Of a DNA stretch of 64,000 nucleotides, positions 57,299-64,000 are shown piece by piece. The DNA comes from Microgenomates group bacterium Gr01-1014_7 (GTDB lineage Bacteria > Patescibacteriota > Microgenomatia > Daviesbacterales > UBA10151), in the NCBI GenBank assembly GCA_007376405.1, contig VMGD01000001.1:2891-66890 (forward strand), read 5' to 3'. Position 1 is the stretch's first letter, and every line of letters starts with the position of its first letter. A program made the position numbers and the translations under genes. The notes below the pieces were generated by a model. That model worked only from the letters and a program-made list of their open reading frames with translations. It was not told the origin of the DNA and made no database searches.

Positions 57299-58850
57299 AT
57301 GGACTTATATTATCCAGCTTGTCTAAATTAGTTGCAAAGATTAAAGTTTTTTTAGCTTTTAAATCTTCTTTATTAATTTTCCTAAATTCAAACTTATCAA
57401 ACTTTGAAACTGCTGAGAATCCACGGTTATTTACAGGGTTATACTTAACTTCATTTCGAAATTTTTCCGGATGATAGCGCAGATAATATAATGCAAAAAT
57501 ATACGGCTGAGCATATTCATCAGAAATAATAATCTTATCAAATTTATTAAACTGATCTTTATAATCCAAAAATAACCCTTTATATCCATACTGCCAATCT
57601 TGTGAGGATTCTCTATTATATTGACTAATGAAATTTTGAAAAAAATAAACAAAAAAGAGTAAGTAAATAAATATAATTAGAAATGGAGCTTTTTTAAAAT
57701 GTTTTGAAATAGATGTTGCTCCAACTGCCATTAGTATAGATAAAAACGGAACCACGGTTAGCGATCTTAAAGCATGGGGCGCTTCCTTAAAAAGGATTGC
57801 AGGAATTGGTCCTAAAAACAGAAATATAATGGGTAGATAAAGCAATAATTTCCTTTGCTTTTTAATGATAAAAATTCCCAGTAGAGCTAAAAATATATCA
57901 GTCAGGAATAGTTGACCGAATCCCTGTGGGTGATTTCTGGAATTTGAATCCCCCTCTAGTAAAAGAAATGAGGGGCTAAAATGAACAAAATAATTAGTTA
58001 GGATATTAGTAAAATTTTTGTTCCAATCAGTTGATTTACTTCGATCAAAAATTAGTTGCAGGTGAGGTTTACCTGAAAGATCATAGACTTGTTGAATGGT
58101 AGGTAACAAAGTAAAAGCTTGAACCCTACCAAAGCCTGCATCATAAATAAGTAATCTAACAATGGGAGTTAAACTTATTATAAAAATAATCAGTGCGCTA
58201 AGAATTAGAAAATAATTCTTTATCTTTATCGGCTGAATATGCAAAAAAAGAAGTAGAATTAAAGCTATTGGGGCAAGTATCCGAAAACTATTATAGCTAT
58301 AAATGCTAAGAATCAAACTTAAAGTTGCGAAAATTATCAAGTACTTTTTCTTTATTGCTAAAATCATAAAGTAAACCCCTAAAATAAAAAACATTAAACC
58401 TGCGGAGACCTCATACCCAGCCCTACTAAAAATAAATAACCAAGAGGAACAAGTAAGGAAAAAGGCGCTAAATAATGCTAATTTTGTATCCCTAAATAAT
58501 TCTTTCGCCAATAAATAGGTAATAAGTACAGTCATTAATGAAAATAGGACCGCAGGTAACCTAATCGAAAATTCATTAAGACCAAAAAGCTTAATAAAGA
58601 TTGCAGTGGTATAGATATAAACAGGTAGTTTGAACTCTCCAAAGGCTCTAAAATGAATGGGCAAAAATTCTCCCCACTCATCTTTCCCTGTTTGGGAAAT
58701 AGAGTAAGCGTTATAACCAATAGATGCTTCATCCCAATACAAAGAAGGAGGAATCTCGTTAATTTTGTAAAGACGAGTAAGCAGAAAAAATAAGCATATT
58801 AGAATTAAAAAAAAATTAGGTGAGAGTAATTTTGATATAGACGTAGCCAT
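57240..58850 (-). CDS. GT39/ArnT-like GT-C glycosyltransferase, paralog (tandem with 55655-57298)
   Basis: YWDEASIGYNAYSISQTGKDEWGEFLPIHFRAFGEFKLPVYIY. Confidence 0.7.
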   Translation of the reverse strand: MATSISKLLSPNFFLILICLFFLLTRLYKINEIPPSLYWDEASIGYNAYSISQTGKDEWGEFLPIHFRAFGEFKLPVYIYTTAIFIKLFGLNEFSIRLPAVLFSLMTVLITYLLAKELFRDTKLALFSAFFLTCSSWLFIFSRAGYEVSAGLMFFILGVYFMILAIKKKYLIIFATLSLILSIYSYNSFRILAPIALILLLFLHIQPIKIKNYFLILSALIIFIISLTPIVRLLIYDAGFGRVQAFTLLPTIQQVYDLSGKPHLQLIFDRSKSTDWNKNFTNILTNYFVHFSPSFLLLEGDSNSRNHPQGFGQLFLTDIFLALLGIFIIKKQRKLLLYLPIIFLFLGPIPAILFKEAPHALRSLTVVPFLSILMAVGATSISKHFKKAPFLIIFIYLLFFVYFFQNFISQYNRESSQDWQYGYKGLFLDYKDQFNKFDKIIISDEYAQPYIFALYYLRYHPEKFRNEVKYNPVNNRGFSAVSKFDKFEFRKINKEDLKAKKTLIFATNLDKLDNISPYAEIKFLDEKTAFWVYNEN

Positions 58851-58872
58851 ATTATAACCATATAATCATATC

Positions 58873-59640
58873 ATGCAACTCATGCAACATCTAAGTTTAC
58901 TATCCATTTTACCAAACTTCTTCACCCTAGGCTTATCAATATATCTATTTAGAAGATATCTACCTTTCAAAACAAGTGTGTTCAGAAGCTTCCTAATAAT
59001 TTCTTTATTATTAATTCCACTTTTTTATTATTCACCAAATTACTTTATTTCCTTTTTACCATTAATCTCAGTAGGGATTTTAGCTCTTTACAAACATTTT
59101 CCAAATAGTCTTGTATTAATAGCTTGGGCTATCTTTTTATTTTTAGGCAATCTTTATTCCGGCGAGGTTATCAAATACCCTTTTGATATTCAACATTCGC
59201 AACTTATTTTTAATTCTCCGGAAGTTAATTATAATTTGAATAGGCATCAGGAAGACGCATTGTTTATTCCCTACAAAGCTCGTTTAATCGTATACTCACA
59301 ACTCGTTTATGTTTACGCCCTTTTAACAAACTTTTTTGATTTCCTAAACTTAAAAAACCTTTATGATATTTTATTACTCGCTAATTTGTATCCAATATCT
59401 ATAGGTCTTTACAAAATTTTTACACAAAAGCAGGAATTGAAAAGTATTTTTTTAGTTTCTTTTCTTATTACCATGTTAACTTCCGGTATTGATAGGTCAC
59501 CTGATAAGTTTCAATCGCTTTATTTATTAACACCAGTTTTCATATATCTAATAATTTTAGGTGCACAAAGTATAAATAAAAAGTTATATTTTGCTCTTTG
59601 GATTTTAAGCATTTTTATTTTGATTAGTCCCAAAATATGA
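58873..59640 (+). CDS. Hypothetical integral membrane protein (about 8 TM)
   Basis: Hydrophobic throughout. An ATGA overlap links it to the downstream GT39-like gene. Confidence 0.5.
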   Translation: MQLMQHLSLLSILPNFFTLGLSIYLFRRYLPFKTSVFRSFLIISLLLIPLFYYSPNYFISFLPLISVGILALYKHFPNSLVLIAWAIFLFLGNLYSGEVIKYPFDIQHSQLIFNSPEVNYNLNRHQEDALFIPYKARLIVYSQLVYVYALLTNFFDFLNLKNLYDILLLANLYPISIGLYKIFTQKQELKSIFLVSFLITMLTSGIDRSPDKFQSLYLLTPVFIYLIILGAQSINKKLYFALWILSIFILISPKI

Positions 59641-61217
59641 AATTTAAGATACTGGTAGTTTTAGTTGCAGTTCTAACCGTATTGACCAGATTTATAAATT
59701 TGGATTCAAACCCTCCACATTTATCAAATGATGAAATATCAATTGCCTATGATGCTTATTCTGTTTCAAAAACCTTAAGGGATGAGCATAATCACTTTTT
59801 ACCTTTATCCTTTCAATCGCATAGCACCTATAAAGCCCCCCTAACCATTTATCTATCAATCCCCACAACTATTATATTTGGTAATAGCGAAATAGCTGCC
59901 AGAGCTCCTTCAGCTTTCTTGGGCAGCTTAACTGTCTTAATTTTAGGACTTTTGGTTTTTGAACTAACGAGAAATAAATACCTTAGCCTACTTACCGCAC
60001 TTATTCTTGCTATCTCTCCTATGCATATTTTAACTTCACACATGGCTTATGAAGCTAATATTGGTTTATTCTTTTTTGTCCTGGGGATATATTTATTTTT
60101 CTTATCCTTAAGAAAAAATAGCAATCTTATAACCTTCAGTTCTTTCTTTGCATTTACCTTATCAGTATATAGCTATCATACGGAATGGGTTTTCACCCCG
60201 TTTATTATTATTTTGTTGTATATGCTTAATTTTAAGTTTATATCTAAAAAACCCAAGTATTATATTGGGGCATTAATATTTTTAGTACTTATTACACCCT
60301 TGGTTCTAGATTTCCTAAGTAATTTACAGACTACTACCAGAGCAGGTACTGAAAATCTACTACGGGAACCCTCACTGGCAAAGAAACTCGAAGATGGTAA
60401 TTTCTTTTATTGGCAAAAGATATCTTTTATTCTACAAGCTTTTTTAGAAAAATATTCATCCTACTTTAATCCTTCCTATATTTTCTTTACAGGCTATAAC
60501 TTACTTCCTAAGGGAGACCCTTTCCAACTTGGAGTATTCTTATTTATTTTTCTCCCGTTCTTCTGTATTGGAATTTTTAGTCTACGCTCATTTTTCAAAG
60601 GCAACTCAAAGTTTATTTATATACTTTTAATAACTTCCCCAATAACTGCATCATTAACTAGCGGACCTCAAAGCACTTCCAGGAACCTAGTTTCTTTAAT
60701 TCCTATTTCAATTGTTTGTGCCGTTGGGTTGTTTATTTTTTGGAAAACTGCCGGAAAAATTTGGAAAAAAGCGTTTTTAATAATTTTTGCTGGTACCTTT
60801 TTATATTTTTTAGCTATTTTTTATTATCATTTTCCCAAAGATTCAGGAGAAGGATTTCAATATGGCTATAAACAAATTGCATTATTTATTAAACCAAGAT
60901 ATCAAAATTTAAACCTTATAATTATTGATCCCAGATTTGGACCAGCGAATATGTATTCAGGACTTCCGCATTTATATATCCCCTACTATACAAATCTTGA
61001 TCCTAATAAACTATTAGAAAGTAAAAGAGACAAAGCAGGAACCTTTTTTGATAAATATCAAATCAGAGATATTAATTGGGATAAAGAAGAATTAGATGAA
61101 GGTAATCTTTATATAGTACCTGTCTCTAATGAACCCGATCAAAAATTACAACTTAAAAGAATTTATACCATTACTTTACCCAATTTTAAGCCGGCATTTT
61201 ATCTTTATATCCTCTAA
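59637..61217 (+). CDS. GT39/ArnT-like GT-C glycosyltransferase, paralog
   Basis: SNDEISIAYDAYSVSKTLRDEHNHFLPLSFQSHSTYKAPLTIY. Confidence 0.7.
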   Translation: MKFKILVVLVAVLTVLTRFINLDSNPPHLSNDEISIAYDAYSVSKTLRDEHNHFLPLSFQSHSTYKAPLTIYLSIPTTIIFGNSEIAARAPSAFLGSLTVLILGLLVFELTRNKYLSLLTALILAISPMHILTSHMAYEANIGLFFFVLGIYLFFLSLRKNSNLITFSSFFAFTLSVYSYHTEWVFTPFIIILLYMLNFKFISKKPKYYIGALIFLVLITPLVLDFLSNLQTTTRAGTENLLREPSLAKKLEDGNFFYWQKISFILQAFLEKYSSYFNPSYIFFTGYNLLPKGDPFQLGVFLFIFLPFFCIGIFSLRSFFKGNSKFIYILLITSPITASLTSGPQSTSRNLVSLIPISIVCAVGLFIFWKTAGKIWKKAFLIIFAGTFLYFLAIFYYHFPKDSGEGFQYGYKQIALFIKPRYQNLNLIIIDPRFGPANMYSGLPHLYIPYYTNLDPNKLLESKRDKAGTFFDKYQIRDINWDKEELDEGNLYIVPVSNEPDQKLQLKRIYTITLPNFKPAFYLYIL

Positions 61218-62869
61218 GGAGTCACTTCTATAATATCAAAAGCTCTCTTACCATCAAGAAAATCAACAGATAAAAGTCTTGGAATCTCCTTTGGAAAATC
61301 TTCCGTCTTACCAATAAACAGCAGTTTCTTTCCCGGATTTTGTTTAACAATATCTGCAAATTGAGTACCTTCGTCTCCAAGATCAGGGAAGTAGAATTTA
61401 TCAAACCGCAAAACCCTAACCCAATCGTGAGTCTCAAACCTGACCAGATTTGGATTCGTTTGGTATTTGGAAGGATCATAATTTAGGAAAAACAGCGTAA
61501 ACATGTGAGGTTCACCATAGGTTCTGCTGAATACAATCTCATCATAGTCATTCCTATGCTTACCAATGTAATCTAGTGCTTGTTTGTACCCATATTGCCA
61601 GTCCCTGGAATAAGTTTTGGGGTAAACATTGTAATATTCATTTAGGTAATAACTAATGCTTACAGCAATTATAATTACCAGTAATGCGCCTACAGAAATT
61701 TTTGCCACTGCTTTCCATTTCTTAATCCATCCAAATGATATATAAAACCCAAAGGCGCAAACCAATTGGTAAAAAGGTGCAGCAATCAAAGTCCTTAACG
61801 CATGAGGGATACTGTCATTGGTAACTGAAACCGGGATAAAGGAAAGCAAAAGCCACGATAAAAGTAATCCCTTAAACCGATGTTTAAGGTAAAAAAGTGC
61901 CACTAGCCCAATAATTAAGAATGGAGCTTGAAAGTAATAAAGCTCTCCGATGTTTTGGACATGATGTTGTTTATGTGGGGCTCCGGAAATAAATAAAAAT
62001 TGCGGGGTAAAATGCGCAAGATAATTTCTCGCGAAATAAAAGCCGACATAAGTAATTTTATTATGCACTAATCTTGGGAGCGGCTGAGGAAGCCTTGAGA
62101 ATCCCCTATTTTCGTTTATTCTGGGGATTAAGCCCAGGTCATCGGTTATGCTTACCAATTTATACCTGGCACTTCTTTCTCCGCTAAAAAGATAGGGTGC
62201 AAGTGGCAGTAAAATAATAGTAAAAACTACTATTGAAATTACTACAATTTTTCTGAATTTAACCAGACTTTTTCTGTATAATAAAAAAATAACCAGTAAA
62301 AGCAGCGGTGTGAATATCCTGGCTGAATTATAAGTGAATACCGATAATCCAAAAGGGATCATTGAAATAACAAACCACTTCTTTGTGAAAAAACCTTTGA
62401 CAAGAAACGAAATCCCAAGTATTACCCATAATGTGGCCAAGGACGATTCAAATGAAGCCCGAGTAAGCTGTATATGCCATGGAGAAACAGCCAGTAAAAA
62501 TGAAGAAATTAAGCCAACCAGATTACTTTGAAAAAGGGCTCTTCCCAAAAAAAACATAGCCAAAACAGTCAGTGTTCCATAAATTACAGGGGTAATTCTA
62601 ACTCCCAGCTCATTTAGACCAAACAAATATATTCCGGGGATACTAAGATATATTTGAACCGGCAACTTATATTCTCCATACGCTTTAAAGTGTATTGGGA
62701 AGCTTTGATTCCATTCATCTTTCCCGGTTTTCAAAATTGAATATGCATTATATGCAATCGAAACTTCATCCCAGTTTAGGGAGGGCGGAATTTCTTTAAC
62801 TTTGTAAAATCTCAGTACAAAGCCCAAGACTAAGATTAAAAATAAGATAACAGGAATAATTTTTCTCAT
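61214..62869 (-). CDS. GT39/ArnT-like GT-C glycosyltransferase, paralog
   Basis: NWDEVSIAYNAYSILKTGKDEWNQSFPIHFKAYGEYKLPVQIY. Confidence 0.7.
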   Translation of the reverse strand: MRKIIPVILFLILVLGFVLRFYKVKEIPPSLNWDEVSIAYNAYSILKTGKDEWNQSFPIHFKAYGEYKLPVQIYLSIPGIYLFGLNELGVRITPVIYGTLTVLAMFFLGRALFQSNLVGLISSFLLAVSPWHIQLTRASFESSLATLWVILGISFLVKGFFTKKWFVISMIPFGLSVFTYNSARIFTPLLLLVIFLLYRKSLVKFRKIVVISIVVFTIILLPLAPYLFSGERSARYKLVSITDDLGLIPRINENRGFSRLPQPLPRLVHNKITYVGFYFARNYLAHFTPQFLFISGAPHKQHHVQNIGELYYFQAPFLIIGLVALFYLKHRFKGLLLSWLLLSFIPVSVTNDSIPHALRTLIAAPFYQLVCAFGFYISFGWIKKWKAVAKISVGALLVIIIAVSISYYLNEYYNVYPKTYSRDWQYGYKQALDYIGKHRNDYDEIVFSRTYGEPHMFTLFFLNYDPSKYQTNPNLVRFETHDWVRVLRFDKFYFPDLGDEGTQFADIVKQNPGKKLLFIGKTEDFPKEIPRLLSVDFLDGKRAFDIIEVTP

Positions 62870-62879
62870 ACTTGGAATT

Positions 62880-63953
62880 TCATTTCCATAACTTCAAAAT
62901 CTTATCTCTAAATTTGTCTTTACTAAATTGTCTTGCTGATTGTATAGCTGCTTTCCCCATCTTTTTCATTAGACCGCTGTTCTTTATTAACTTTACAGTG
63001 TATTCCTTTAGCTGCTCGGGTGTATCCCAAAGCATGCCTGATGTTCCTCTTCCGATGATTTCTATTTGCCCTCCCCCATTAAAAACAACGGGTACACATC
63101 CTCCTGCCATTGCTTCAACTGTAGTAATACCAAAATGCTCCATTTTGGTAGGATCATCCTCACTAAATCCTGACGCATGCCAATAAATACTTGACTCTCC
63201 ATACAATTTTACGAGAGAATCATAATCTATATTTGGATAAAAATTCACTGGTAACTGCGCGGCTAAATTCTTAAGTTCCCTAAGATACGATTCATCACCC
63301 TTGCTTGCAGCACCTGCTAATTGTAAACTCCAATCTTTAAGGTTATTTTCTTTGTGAAGCTCTCTGAAAGTTTTTATCAATAAATTCTGTTTTTTATCTT
63401 TTAGATATCCAAAAAAACGACCCACAGATAATATATATTTTTTCTTTTTTAAAGGTTTAATTTTATCTGTATCGACGGGAGGGTAAATAACCTCAGACGA
63501 AAGAGGCCAGTTTGTTTCAGAATGCTTTTTCGTAAAGTTGGAATTATAGATAATTAAGTTCCAGCTTTTGAGTTTTAATTTTCCCCAAAAATTTTTTGCA
63601 GGCTGACCCGCTAGGGGCGATTGAATATGTAAAATGTTGCGTTTGGATGTTGATAAAAAAATACTGCCATCTGTTAAATAAAACAGTACATCATAATGCT
63701 TTAAAAAAGCTAATCTTGCCAAAAAACTCGATCCCTCCCCTATCGGACCTTTAATAAAACTTACTTTATTAAGATCTAAATCAAATCTTTTGGACAATTC
63801 TTTTTTTAGATAATCTCCTCCCAAACTCCTCAAGTGTTTATCTAATAAAACATCCACCCTTTGCAGAGAAGATAAACTTTCGGCAATAGTCATCATGTAT
63901 TTCTCTCCTCCGCCGAATGTATCTAAATAAGGGGAATAGATTGCTACTCTCAT
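62880..63953 (-). CDS. GT4-family glycosyltransferase
   Basis: EHFGITTVEAMAGGCVPVVFNGGGQIEII (E-x7-E motif). Confidence 0.8.
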   Translation of the reverse strand: MRVAIYSPYLDTFGGGEKYMMTIAESLSSLQRVDVLLDKHLRSLGGDYLKKELSKRFDLDLNKVSFIKGPIGEGSSFLARLAFLKHYDVLFYLTDGSIFLSTSKRNILHIQSPLAGQPAKNFWGKLKLKSWNLIIYNSNFTKKHSETNWPLSSEVIYPPVDTDKIKPLKKKKYILSVGRFFGYLKDKKQNLLIKTFRELHKENNLKDWSLQLAGAASKGDESYLRELKNLAAQLPVNFYPNIDYDSLVKLYGESSIYWHASGFSEDDPTKMEHFGITTVEAMAGGCVPVVFNGGGQIEIIGRGTSGMLWDTPEQLKEYTVKLIKNSGLMKKMGKAAIQSARQFSKDKFRDKILKLWK

Positions 63954-64000
63954 CTAATAATTAAATTTGTTTTTTAACAACTCTTCATCAATGTTGTTAT

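Noticed and set aside
58831-58872. -35 element for the TATAAT at 58861
   Set aside because: No acceptable TTGACA-like hexamer lies at 16-18 bp spacing. The -10 alone, 6 nt from the ATG, is reported as a leaderless-type signal without claiming a full promoter.
1-64000. CRISPR arrays, tRNA/rRNA genes, transposases, integrases or phage genes
   Set aside because: None found. There are no direct-repeat/spacer periodicity, no GC-rich cloverleaf-like segments, and no ORFs with DDE-transposase, recombinase or phage-structural motifs. The island looks like native chromosomal cargo with uniform AT-rich composition.

Overview
The whole 64-kb window is one very AT-rich (roughly 30% G+C by eye), gene-dense surface-glycan biosynthesis island. 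I found no rRNA, tRNA, CRISPR array or mobile-element genes.

Contents at a glance:
- About 60 protein-coding genes. Many are translationally coupled through 1-60-nt stop/start overlaps.
- A 15-gene plus-strand operon (1013-14968). It encodes a GT10 fucosyltransferase, a Gmd/Rmd-like GDP-sugar dehydratase/reductase, a thiamine-diphosphate (ThDP)-dependent dehydrogenase E1 alpha/beta pair, a split transketolase, three Fcl-like GDP-sugar epimerase/reductase paralogs (two inside the operon), two aldo/keto reductases, a TylF-like O-methyltransferase, an RmlC-like cupin, and the GDP-heptose enzymes HddC and GmhB.
- A convergent minus-strand unit (14946-17619) carrying GmhA, HddA and a third Fcl-like paralog.
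- Other nucleotide-sugar modules: two TylCIII-like sugar C-methyltransferases, an FdtA-like ketoisomerase, an RmlD-like reductase, a UXS-like decarboxylase, a nucleotide-sugar dehydrogenase, a CDP-paratose-2-epimerase-like enzyme, and a short-chain dehydrogenase/reductase (SDR) carrying a Cys4 zinc-ribbon insertion.
- A very large transferase complement: eight or nine GT2 enzymes of the GtrB/DPM1 type, four GT4, five GT39/ArnT-like GT-C paralogs, one PIG-V-like membrane protein, a Wzx-like flippase, and six paralogous large polytopic membrane proteins of an uncharacterised GT-C-like family.

The composition, gene packing and abundance of GT39-like genes resemble Candidate Phyla Radiation or similar reduced genomes, but that attribution is inference only.

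The most interesting signals are:
- the E1 alpha/beta pair and split transketolase embedded in the sugar operon;
- the six-member uncharacterised membrane family;
- a predicted GDP-6-deoxy-heptose pathway;
- several operon-leading genes whose -10 box sits almost directly on the start codon, suggesting leaderless transcripts.
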